From Lama glama (taxonomy: Eukaryota), in NCBI GenBank assembly GCA_028534125.1, contig CM052817.1:10666001-10730000 (forward strand): a DNA stretch of 64,000 nt. The letters are read 5' to 3'. The notes beneath the pieces were generated by a model that made no database searches, had not been told where the DNA came from, and saw only the letters and a program-made list of their open reading frames with translations. This document shows positions 11,701 to 22,439 of the stretch, piece by piece. Every line of letters starts with the position of its first letter. The first letter of the stretch is position 1. Made by a program: the position numbers and the translations under genes.

Positions 11701-14309
11701 AGAAGAGAGAGAGAAGAAAGAGGACCTCTCTTATCCAAAACAGTTGGATATGTTGGCTAAATTCTAAAAGTAATCACTTAACAATCTATTTGATTTTGTA
11801 CGTAAATACTGATCATTCTTGCTGGGTACTGAACTTCATTCCACCCAGTCCCTCTCTAGGGCTCAGAACAACTGTGTCATAAATCATCATCATCATCACT
11901 GGTAAAGGCACAATATAACTTTTTCACCAAGCTATTTTTTTTCTGAGTATTTTTTCAATGACACACTTTGATCAAAATTTAATATTTAATGCTAATATTT
12001 ATATATCTTATGAGCAATGATTGAGTTCTCTCCTTTATTTCATATGAAATGAAAACAAATTTATGGCCTTGGGTTTATGACATCATTTACTGCTTGGCAA
12101 AGAAAAAGGAAGTGTCAGGACAATTATTTGGATAATTATTAAAAAGATCTAATTAAGGGAAGAAATGTTCTGATTGGCCCAGAACATACCAGAAAACAGT
12201 TCTCGGCGCTTTTTGGTCAGTCAGAGAGGTTTAAAAGAACCTTTAAGATTTGTCATAGCAAGCTTTCTTCTCCAGTTTCTTGAGCTCTAAAGCAGTTCTT
12301 TTCCCTACTTAAAAGTAGTACCCCACAATCCAAAAGTTAGGAATTCCTGAGCTTACCTCTCACAAAAGATAATGTGCCATTTTTAAGAAACATACTATGA
12401 TGGGGGACTTTCGAAGGTTTTCTCACAAATGTGAAACAAATGTGGGGACCTTACTGCATCCTGCTGATTTTTATGAGGACCAGGGTAGAGAAGTCTCCCA
12501 GAGAAGTGTCCCAGCCCAGAACTGACCGAGGGATTAATTTAGGGGCACAGGAGGACTCAGACCTCAGAGAAATCTGCCTGCTCTCCTAACCAGGAAGGAT
12601 GGGAGAAAAACCTCCTTCTTCAACTCCTCAAAAAACTTTCTAAAATGTAAGATGGACACGGCTCATTTTTACATCCTGCTACTGTTCAAGAATTGATCCA
12701 TAAAGACCCGCAGTCTCTTTTTTAAAACTAATCCTGTTTAAGACTTTTTTTTTACCTCAAATCTGTGTGACAATTAATGTGTGCCTGAACTATAAGACAC
12801 TTTCTCTCTTCCTAATTCTGAAAGCAGGCTACAACTACCAACAGTTTGTGCAAGAATGTAAGATGCCAGCACACAGTTGCAAAGAGCTGAATGGAATATA
12901 CAAACTGTAACACACACAACAACACACAAATATCATTCCCTGCCAACAAGTCACCATCCTGAGCAAAACAGAGTTTACACTTGTGTAAAAACTACTGGCT
13001 TCTGGGGAGAGCCATGGCATCAGCAGGTATATTTAACATCTATGATGCATTAACATATGAAGATAATAGCAGTAATAAAGACAGCTCAGTTTTTTTTTTA
13101 ATCAGTCCTTGTCCAGCAGTTAGCCAATCAGAAAGCAGGTCACATTTTGTTAGCTATATTCAATACCTTAAACGTCATGAATTTCTCCATGGCTCTGTTG
13201 ACAATTCAAGCAAACGTGTTTTATTCTATCCTTAACTGAGTCCCTTTCCAGAGCTGAGAGTCAATCTTCTAACTGAAATTTCATCAAAGCTATTCCCTCA
13301 AAGCTCTTTGCCACCAACCCTCCAGATACTTGTACTTTGCAGAGACTACAGAATTCCCAGTGATTTCTACTTCCTAAAGTGACTTTGGTGTACCTGTAAC
13401 AAACTCCTTCTCAGAACACCTCAACACAAATCCCCAACTTACAGGCAATGGGACAGCCCAGCAGCAGGTCCTGCCAGCTGAGCCAGCACAGAGGAAAAGT
13501 CAACTGGCATTAAATATTTAAATTACAGGAGGCGGTCTGGAGTTTTGCATTTACAAAGTTCTGAAAGTCCTGTCTCTTCTCTGCTCCCAGAGTTGCAGGA
13601 GAGGAGGAGGTGAGGCTCCTCTCTCCCGCACAAGATCACAAATATGCAAAAACTCAAGATGACTTGAATCCTGGGCCAGCTCCCGTGGAAAGGAGAGCTC
13701 TGAGGAAGCTGAGACACTCCCGTCCTCGATGGGAGAAAGTCAAGAACCCCTCGCCCCAAGCAACTGGGTTCTGACTTTAACACAGAAATAGAGAAACATG
13801 CGTCCCTCCAGGGCTAGTTCTGAAAAGTCCGCGGGGTGACTCTTCTGTCCCCTTCACCTCAATTTTGATGACTTTGACAAGCAAATGCAGGTCAAAGCAG
13901 ACTTCCTCTGGGATTTGTTTTTTTAAAAAAAATTATTTTGCTGGATGCAAAAGATCACCAAATCCCTTGGAATTATATCTCAAGAAATACTAACGGGACT
14001 GACTCAGAGCCTGCAAACGCCAGAGTTTTGAGAGAGCAGCATTTCTGGAGAGCCGGCAGGCGGATCAAGTGATGGGTTGTCTATTTCAAGATTCCAGCAG
14101 AAACTGTCCCCAGCTCCAAGAGTTGCTGTGCCTAGAAACCCAGCGTTCAAACTCGTGGATCCATTCTGGTGCTCATTTCCACGGACGTGGTAGTATTTGG
14201 TGGGACACTTCCCCCGGAATTCAGCCAGCCACCCAGGAAAAGCTCATGCACAGTTTGCAAAAAAAAAAAAAAAAAGCCACCAACACACACCCCAGGTTGA
14301 AGTACTTAC

Positions 14310-14441
14310 CTCTGTGCGCGACTGCAGTCTCTTGTTCATCTCATAGATTCGGTACTCTGGTTGTACCATGTAGGGTGTATGTCTCCTATAAAATGGACCG
14401 AAAGGAGAAGAATAGAAGGGGTCATGTGGTGTGCTGGACAT
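14310..14441 (-). CDS. LDB2: LDB2 first coding exon (44 codons, phase-0 donor); the gene continues beyond position 1
   Basis: Translates to MSSTPHDPFYSSPFGPFYRRHTPYMVQPEYRIYEMNKRLQSRTE, recognised as the LDB2 N-terminus. ATG context is AAGATGT, and a consensus donor GAG|GTAAGT (14309-14304) follows immediately. Confidence 0.97.
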
Positions 14442-14602
14442 CTTGCCTGCTTGTCGAAAATCAAGCTAAACAGAGTATCAGGAACGTCCATGCAGAGCAC
14501 ATGGGCTGTGTTCTTCGCGGTACAAAGTAGACGCACGCACACGCTCACACACACGCGCGCACACACACACACACAGAGGCAGGCAGGCAGGCTGAACACA
14601 CT
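14442..14602 (-). other. LDB2: LDB2 5'UTR with a (TG/CG)n tract and two upstream ATGs; TSS approximate
   Basis: Contiguous with the CDS start. The 5' end is inferred from an Inr-like CCAGT (A at 14602) 30 nt below a TATA-like TATAGA. Confidence 0.65.
14531..14575. repeat. (CA/CG)n alternating purine-pyrimidine microsatellite in the 5'UTR
   Basis: acgcacgcacacgctcacacacacgcgcgcacacacacacacaca. Confidence 0.9.
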
Positions 14603-15050
14603 GGCTGGGAACTGCTGTTGGAGCCCTCTATAGCTAGAGAGGAGAGGGAGAGCGAGCTGGAGGGAGGGAGGGAGGGAGGAGGGGGGAGTGGGAGGGAGGG
14701 AGAGCTCCGGAGAGGAGGGAGAGGGGGGAGCTTCAGAGAGGGCGGGAGGCTGGTAGGGAGGAAGGGAGGAAGGGAGGGAAGGAGGGAGGGAGGGAGGGAG
14801 GGAGAGAGGCGCTGGATAGCTTTAGGCACCAACGCTTGTTTTTAAAGAAGCAGTTTGTGGAGAGGTCACTTCCTGTCCACACTGTAGACTAGCTCAAAAA
14901 TATAATTCTCCTCACAGTCTGACAGAGGTCTAAGGTTTGGTTTTCTTTCTTTCTTTTTTTTTTTTTCCCTCTCCAGCCAGGACCCTTCACAACCTGATTG
15001 CTAAGCTTGTTAGCATATAGGTGGTTTAACTGCTGCCTGAGCCACTCACC
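14603..15050 (-). promoter_or_regulatory. LDB2 proximal promoter
   Basis: TATAGA (14632-14627, minus), ~170-nt polypurine tract (14637-14808) containing a GGGCGG box, ETS core ACAGGAAGTG (14876-14867, minus) overlapping AGGTCA (14863-14868). No interspersed repeats. Confidence 0.7.
14637..14808. repeat. Polypurine (GGGA)n-rich tract
   Basis: Runs such as gggagggagggaggag and gggagggagggagggaggga. Confidence 0.9.
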
Positions 15051-15091
15051 CCTGACAGCCACACCGGTGTAATGGATCAGAAATGTGATGA
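15050..15091 (-). other. Candidate alternative upstream LDB2 exon (42 nt, phase 2-2; or 71 nt from ATG 15120)
   Basis: Minus strand GTGTCTCTGTATTTTGTAG|TCATCAC...TGTCAGGG|GTGAGT. Stop-free (HHISDPLHRCGCQG) and in frame with the internal acceptor at 14386/14385. Confidence 0.45.
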
Positions 15092-16670
15092 CTACAAAAT
15101 ACAGAGACACGGGGCATCATGTCCCTCCCCGCAAGCCTGTATCTGAGCTGGTGATTCCCTCTCTGCACTCCTCCCCCTCTACTTAAGGTTGTTCCAAGAG
15201 CTTGTTCTAGTCTTTGCATGTCAACCCCTCCTCACTCCCTGCCCTCTCCCAGTCACCCTTCTTCCCAGCCGCCTCCCTCCCAAAGCTCATTCAAGATGGT
15301 TTAAGAGGGCCTGGATTCAGGTCACTGAAGCATTTTCAGGTAAAAAACAATCATTTGCAATATGGAATGCCTAAGATACACCCATGATGCAATGACCTTC
15401 TTTCCCAAGTAGAGAAAAAAGCAAAAACAACTCCCAAAGCAGATCTCCAAGTGAGACAGGAAAAGCAAGAAAGAGAAAACTCTCGCAAAAATGACCATGG
15501 AAAATTCAGTTGAGTGGGAAATTGCAAATAATTGAATGGCTCCTCCCCAAATAACATGTCCAACTCTTATGGAGACATGGTCTTTATTTTCCAAGATTGG
15601 CCAAGAACAGGAATTTTTCCCCAAACATGGTATATGATAATTAGAAGAAACCCTGAACAGTCCATGGGAGGGGAAAGTTTGTCTATAGCAATTAAATGAT
15701 CTACGTGACAATCAAATTTTGCTGGAACCAATGACAACCAGACATCTACCCCTTAAACAAAGCCCAGATGTAGAAAATGTAAATGTTTTGAGCTCATGTG
15801 TGTAGCTAGGTCACTGGTGTTAAGACAGCAAAGACCACCAAAAAGCATGATGCATGCAAGACTTGAATGTAAATGGATGCAAATGAGACATTTCTTCTTT
15901 TTTAATAAGCAGATTAATTAACTTTCTGCCCCAATCATGGCTTGGGGTATCTCCAAGTCACTAGCCAACAGGGGATAACGTATTGCTAATTCTGCAATTT
16001 ACACTCTTAAGAATACTCAGGCATAGAGATGCCCTCGAATTGCTGTCTTGATCAGTCCTTTTCCATAACTGCATGAAATGTTTGCAGCCTACCCCAAACT
16101 TCCAGTGCAGCCCAGCGCACTGAGGTCTCTTGCCAGGATGAGATTAGAGGAGGCATTACACTAAGGCTGCTTGGAACTCTTTCCTTGAGAGGACCCCAAG
16201 GCCAGCCAGCATGCTTGGTTTCAGGTTTCATTACAAATCCAAAAGCTGGACCAAATTTGCTGCAAGGTTTGTCAAAACACACAACCTTCAAAAGACAGAA
16301 TTTCAAACAAATTTGGCGTGATTTGTGTTTTGAAATGACGGCCACTGCAAAATCTAAACGTTCTTTGTGTTTAAATTCCCAAACTAAAGACGTTCCAGGA
16401 GTCTAGTGCCGGCCTGAGTTTGTGTTCACCTGGCCATTTCAGCGCAAGAATCAAAGTAATACTTAGCAGGGGGCATGCAGCTCCATATTGATCGAAACAG
16501 GAAAAGCTCAAAAATCCATTTAGGGAACCCCTTTCTGAATAAGGTTAAATTTGGCCCTCATTAATTCCTGTGGACTATTCCAAACTAGAATTGGAAATAC
16601 TTCTTCCTGTTAATATCTAAAGATCAAATTGAGAAATATCTGAAACTGCTCACAGATCCACAGTTCTAAG

Positions 16671-16775
16671 TTTTTTTTTTTTATTTATTGAAGTATAGTC
16701 GATTTATAATGTTGTGTCAGTTTCTGGTGTACAGCATAGTGTTTCAGTCATACATGTACATGCATATATTCCTTT
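16671..16775 (-). mobile_element. Short LINE-1 3' end
   Basis: T tail followed by ttgaagtatagtcgatttataatgttgtgtcagtttctggtgtacagcatagt. Confidence 0.85.
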
Positions 16776-17219
16776 GCATAAGAAATTTCTTCATTCCTTT
16801 TCTTCTAACTGTGATTCATCCTTATGATAATCAAAATGTTGATTATAGAAAAGGAACTGATCATGTCCCATGTTTTCTCTTTAGTGCCCTCCCTGTTACC
16901 AGTAGGAAACATCCAAGCTCATTAAGACCTGTTCTCTCTATTTCTTTCTATCTCTGTCTCTATCAAACACACACACATACACATTTGTTTATTTGCTATA
17001 CTTGAGCTTCCTGAAGTTATCACCTCATTTCATGCATGCACACCTTTGTACTTCTGTCCCCTATTTACCTGCAAACTCCTACTCATCCTCCTAGCCAATT
17101 AAATTGCCCCCTCCACTGTGAAACTTTTTCCATTACCGATTCATTAATACATCGATTCCACAGATACTCCATTCATGGTGGATGTGGACACCGTCTCTAA
17201 CAGCAACCAGAGCACATTT

Positions 17220-17395
17220 CAATCCTGAACTTGAGCAAGTGACTTGATGTCTGTGTGCCTCAGTCACCTCAGTTTTAAACTGGGAGAATATGAGTAACAA
17301 TGCTCAAGATGGCTGCAATGGATTAGATGAGAGAATGCACTAGAATGTATCAGAACCTACATATCTGAATGCTCAAAAAGTGCTATTATTATTAC
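17220..17395 (+). mobile_element. MIR SINE
   Basis: ttgagcaagtgacttgatgtctgtgtgcctcagtcacctc...ggattagatgagagaatgc. Confidence 0.6.
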
Positions 17396-17679
17396 TAGGT
17401 ACCTAACATATGCTTAGGCGCTAGGGAACATTGGGAGGCCAGGGTGAACATAGCAGACGGACTCTGCCTTCCTGCCCCTTGCAGTGGGGGTGAGGGTGAG
17501 GGAAGTTGCAGATAGCATAGAAGTAATAAGCCTTTTGGAACATAATTTCAAATTGTAGTGTGTGCTATGAAGAGAACAAATGAAGACATAGAAAACAATT
17601 TCCTCCTTTGGGTCAATATTCTTCTTATTGTATCTTCTGTATTCTTCTACTGGAGAATTTATATGTAAATATGATCATT

Positions 17680-17900
17680 ACTATTGTTTATTAAGTCCTT
17701 ACTAAGTGACAGGCTTGGTGCTGAGTGGCTTACACAAGTATTCTTTGTTAATCTCACAATAACCCCGTGTCACTGATGGAACTACTCTCCCCATTCCACA
17801 GATATGAGACTAGGACTTTAAGATGCTAAGAAATTTGTTCAAGGTCAAACAGCTAATTAATGATAGGAACAAGATTCACGGCAGTCTGCTTGGCTCTTAA
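17680..17900 (-). mobile_element. MIR SINE
   Basis: aatctcacaataaccc...cccattccacagatatgagact...aaggtcaaacagcta. Confidence 0.65.
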
Positions 17901-18589
17901 GCATTTTGCTGTTTGATACTCAAGCCAGTCCTCATCTTTCGGGCATCTCTGTTCTTTGTCCCCAGTGGCCAGCGTGGTGCTGAGTCCACAGTAGGTACCC
18001 AAGCCATTTGCACATACTTAGATGGAAGAAAAGACAAGAGGATGAAGTGCTTCTTGTCACCTGCATTTTATGCTTTGTCTTGCTCAATTTCAGATGTCCA
18101 TTGTCACCCTGACCCCACTTCTACCCATTCTCCCTGAAGCCCGCCAAACTACTCCCGTTCTTCTCATTGTCTAAAATCTGGCAGCCCGTACTCCCAAAGC
18201 TGCACTGTTAGATGTCTAATCCTTTGCGCCATCCGGTTACCTTGTTGGTTTTGCCACTTCCCTGCTTCTTGAGGAACCAGCTATGACTCATCTTATTCTG
18301 GCCCAGGGCTGAGCCTGAGAAGTGGAGGAAATGAAGTGCTCATTTTAAGCTTGCAAATCAGCTCCTTTGGGAAACCATAAGGAAATTCAATAAGCAAAGC
18401 TTGTGTACTGTAAAGGAGTGAACAAGCCTAACCCCAATGCAACAGTTCTGTTGCCCCAAAGGGCAAGCCATGCTAGTTTACATATAATTTTGCATGGTAA
18501 GTATTGAATAAGCCCCAAAGAAATCTCACAAACACTCAAAATGCCCTAAAACCTGGCCTGACCTTTAAGCTTGGGACCTCATCTTGCTA

Positions 18590-18880
18590 TATTCACCCTA
18601 GATTCAACCCACAGAGTGTTTATTTTTCCTTTAATTTGAAATACTTGCCAACAGTTTACAAAAATAAAGAATTTCACATAAAATTTAGATATTCATCCTC
18701 TCTTGAAAAATCCTCAGCTCTGGCAACCCTCGGCCCCATCCCTGCCTGCGTGGCATTGTACAGTGAGACCTGTTAGTTCTTGTCCATCCACCAGGGTTTC
18801 CAGCACGCCATGGCCTTCACCAGCCAGTGTCTCTGATATTCCATTTACCCGCTGGGTCCATCTAGGTTTTAGTTAAGTCA
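18590..18880. mobile_element. hAT-Charlie MITE, MER102-like
   Basis: gaatttcacataaaatttagatattcatcctctcttgaaaaatcctcagctctggcaaccctcggccc resembles the MER102 core. Confidence 0.6.
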
Positions 18881-19319
18881 TTGTTGCTTTTCTTAATCTA
18901 TCCAATTGCAGCATCTCCAATCCCTTCCACCAAGCTTTGTTTGCTTCAGATAACTAGTTTTCTTACCACTCTGCTTGCCCCTCTCTGCCCCTTCCTTGCC
19001 TATTTCTGTATCTTATATTTTTTCTTTTTGCCTCTTTATTCAATAAGCATTTAGCTAACATACGTGTGCAAGATACAGCTGAGATGAGGCAGGAGGATAA
19101 AGATAAACAAAGACATATAGGGCATGCTCTCTGTCTTCGTGATTGACAGATATGCAAAAATACGCTTACTTCATTCACAAGAATATATGGAGCCTTTACT
19201 GTGTCGTAAGCACTGTGCCAGGTGCTGGCGGTGTAGCCCCAGGAACTGAAATAATCCCCGCCTGCCAGGTCTTCACAGTACAGAGGCAATCTGGGATGAA
19301 CTTTTAGAGGATGAGCTTT

Positions 19320-19525
19320 GACACTTCACTGATTTGGCTTGAATCCTGCATTTAGCTGTGTGACCCTGGGCACGTAACTCCTCCCTGCCTCAGTTTTCTA
19401 ATCTATAAAATGGGGCTAATAGCAATCCTATGGTTTATCTGAGAATTAAATAAGTGAATGCACGGAAATTGACTAGAACGGTGCTTGGCATTTGGTAGGT
19501 GTTCATAGTTGTTACTGTTATTATT
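19320..19525 (+). mobile_element. MIR SINE
   Basis: agctgtgtgaccctgggcacgtaac...cctcagttttctaatctataaaatggggctaatag...gtgcttggcatttggtaggtg. Confidence 0.8.
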
Positions 19526-20729
19526 AGAAAAAGTAACAAGGCCTACGCAGTCTCAGAAATAAATGTAAGATGATGTTGCGAAGTGTGGAGGTCAGGCTAG
19601 GATGGAGAGTAGGCATTGCTAGTAGAGCTAGGGCAGAAAAAATCTCAGGCATAACATGGAAAGCATCTTCAGACTTTTAAATGAAATGCTGATTTACAAA
19701 GGGCCTTCCAGGAACTAGTTAAATCAAGGAAGGCTTCACAGAGGCGTTGACTGCTGTGTAATCCTCAAAGGATCTGTCAGAGAGACAAAGATGAGACTCT
19801 GAGGAAGGTCTTGCCAAGCAGAGGGGACACTACAGAAATGAACACACTTGATGTCAAGCAAAGTCAAGAACCTTTGCAAAAGGAGAAGCAGTAAAACCAT
19901 GTTGAAGCCCAACTCTCCAATGCCTTAGGTACCATTTTAAGGAATTTGTAGTTTATTGCATGGGCCCTGGGGAGCCCAGTAAATGACAAGGTAAGTGCTT
20001 TGTTTGAGCAAGAGGACTTGCAGATGCAAGGAGGGTGGATTGGACCCGGACAGACCCAAGAACTGAACAATGCTTTGGGAAGTTGAATTCAGTCCAAGGA
20101 GTCCCTAGCATTCAATTGCTCAGTAACTTCTCTCTGAAACACACAGAATAAGACTCAGAACAGAGGCTGGAAAAGTTCTCTTGTTGCTCATGGCTATCAC
20201 CTGGAATTAAAGTGATCGATGACTTTGTGGATTCCCTAAAGGCCATCTTCTCATCAGTACTAGTGGTCGTGGTTCTGGCATTTAAATTTTACAAACGGAG
20301 TTAGTTCGCGGCTGAGGAAGGCACTGCTGCCTGTCCAGAGAGTGTGGCAGCCCGTCTACCCCTGCGATTTTAGAGGCATCTCGGATTTCATTGCTTGTGG
20401 TGTTTACTGTCATTCTCTAATGTCCTCTTAACTATACCAAATCTAATAATTAATTGTAATGACTGAGAAGGCCACAGCCACCAACGAGACCTCATTTCTT
20501 GAGTATCAACAGCAAAATCCAGCCCCACAACATGGACCATCCAATATTCACTTAATCATTCCACAAGTGTTCATGGAGCGCCCTCCATGCACAGGACCCT
20601 CCTCCCTCAGACTCTGAGTGAACTGGCTCCCTTCTACCCACTCCAACCACATCTGCACCTCTTTCCTCCCAGGACACTCCTCCCGCTTCATTCCCCGGAC
20701 ACATCAGACTCTTCCCTCTAGATTCCAGA

Positions 20730-21075
20730 ACCCTCCTCGATTTGCCCCTGGCCTGGCTAGCTCCTCCTGAACCTTCAGTCTCAGCTCACGATGGTACGTA
20801 CCTCTTCAGAGCGGCCATCCATAACTACACGTCTAAATACCCTACCCAGGCTCCATCACTTTCTGTCGCTGAGTTCTGTTTGGTAGGTCTCTGGTCATTA
20901 TTTGTAATCGTATCTGTATCTGTCACTTACTCGTATATTGCTTGGATGCATTCTGAGATTTGTAAATTCCATGAGTGCTGGTGATGCATTGGTTTTATCC
21001 ACCCGCGTACACTCAGAATTTAACATGCTGCCTGGCACATGTGGGTGCTCGGCATACTTCTGCAAAATAAATGGA
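20730..21075 (+). mobile_element. LINE-2 3' fragment
   Basis: gatttgtaaattccatgag...tgcctggcacatgtgggtgctcggcatacttctgcaaaataaatgga. Confidence 0.65.
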
Positions 21076-21619
21076 TAAAAACTTAACAGAATAAATTCCA
21101 GGCGCTCTCCTAGCAATTTACATCCCCCAATTCTAGATCAGTCTATCCATAATATATAGATAAAAAGCTATTAGATAGGGCTGTGTAAAAGCTATTATTC
21201 AGTCATTTCTTTACTCACTCTTAAAGTATTTATTGGGTACTTATGACGAGTCAGGCACTAGGCTAGGTCCTGCCCAAACAAAAATGGGCAAATTTGATAA
21301 CTCGAGAAAGTCCATTTCCAGGAGCCATTACCCGGTAAGGCCCTTTGTCATCATGGATTGTTCAATATCCAAAAGCTGTCAGAGCTGCTGTTCAGACTTC
21401 TGTAAGCCACCTCTGACTCATGCCAGACCGTGTGGCCAAGTATCAGAGACACTGCACTCTGGATTCAGTTTTGTTGCTTCCTCACTGTGTGAACTAGATT
21501 TCACACAATTATCGAAGCACTGAAGTTAGCTTTAGTGCCTTCATGTGTAAAGTGGAAATAAGAGTGTTATGGGAATTTAGGAAGAATATTTCCTACTTAA
21601 TAACTAACCTTTATGCAGC

Positions 21620-21840
21620 TGTTACGAAGCATCAGGCCTGGTTCCACGTACTTTATAAATATTAACTCATTTAATCCTTGCAACAATCCCATAAGATACA
21701 GGCTAGTATTACTCCTATTTTATTGATGAGGAATCACAGGCACAGAGAGGCAGAGTAACCTGTCCAGGGTTACCCAGGTGATTGGTGGGGTGGGAGCTGA
21801 ACCCAGGTTTTGGGGTCTTCTCTGTTGATACTCTCAACCA
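21620..21840 (-). mobile_element. MIR SINE
   Basis: aactcatttaatccttgcaacaatccc...gatgaggaatcacaggcacagagagg. Confidence 0.8.
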
Positions 21841-21989
21841 GTATCATTGACAGCCTTTGTCCATCTGCACACTAGGTTGTGAGCTGCTTGAAAACAGAGA
21901 ATAAACCTTTTCCAGAATATGGTGGCATAGACATGTAACACACTTCATCATGAAAAAAGAAAAACATAAATGTGAAGATGAATACAATG

Positions 21990-22420
21990 TATCATTTGGG
22001 ACCCTTTTTTGCAAGTGAAAAAAAAAAACTCCAAATGTCAGAATCAAAAAAGAAAAGAAGTGGATATATTGGATATATTGGTTTATGTCATTGGAAACAT
22101 CAGGAGTATCTCAATTCAGGTACAGTAGGATCCAGGGGCCCAAATTACATCATCAGGACCTGGACCCTGTCGCAGCTTCTTGTAGGCTTGCCTCATTCAC
22201 AGACAGGCTTGTCCATGGGTGACCACAGTCAGAAGCTGGGCCTATATCTGCCCAGCTTATTCCAGCAGCAAGAGAGATTTCCTCTGCAGAAGTTCCAAAA
22301 AAGAAAAATGCTGGCATTGAATCTCATTGCCTGGTTTGGACATAAATGTCCACATCCAAACCAATCAATATGGCCAACAGGGTAGCCAGTATTGGGTCAC
22401 AGGCCCACTTGAAATATCAG
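21990..22420 (-). mobile_element. Old MaLR LTR (MLT1J/K-like)
   Basis: ttcaggtacagtaggatccaggggcccaaattacatcatcagg...tgtccacatccaaaccaatca. Confidence 0.5.
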
Positions 22421-22439
22421 GGTCCTATTACCAGGTGGG

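Larger units (their letters stand above)
1..14309 (-). other. LDB2: LDB2 intron 1 (partial)
   Basis: Lies downstream of the exon-1 donor. No exon-2-like peptide (DSDNLWWDAF...) appears in the ORF track or by eye. Confidence 0.9.

Noticed and set aside
14244..14309. Extension of the LDB2 ORF (VSTSTWGVCWW...)
   Set aside because: Read-through past the GTAAGT donor into intron 1.
14069..14530. 153-aa plus-strand ORF antisense to exon 1
   Set aside because: GTG start, crosses a poly-A run, no recognisable domain; likely chance.
14545..14845. Pro/Ser-rich and Gly/Arg/Glu-rich ORFs
   Set aside because: Translations of the promoter polypurine repeat.
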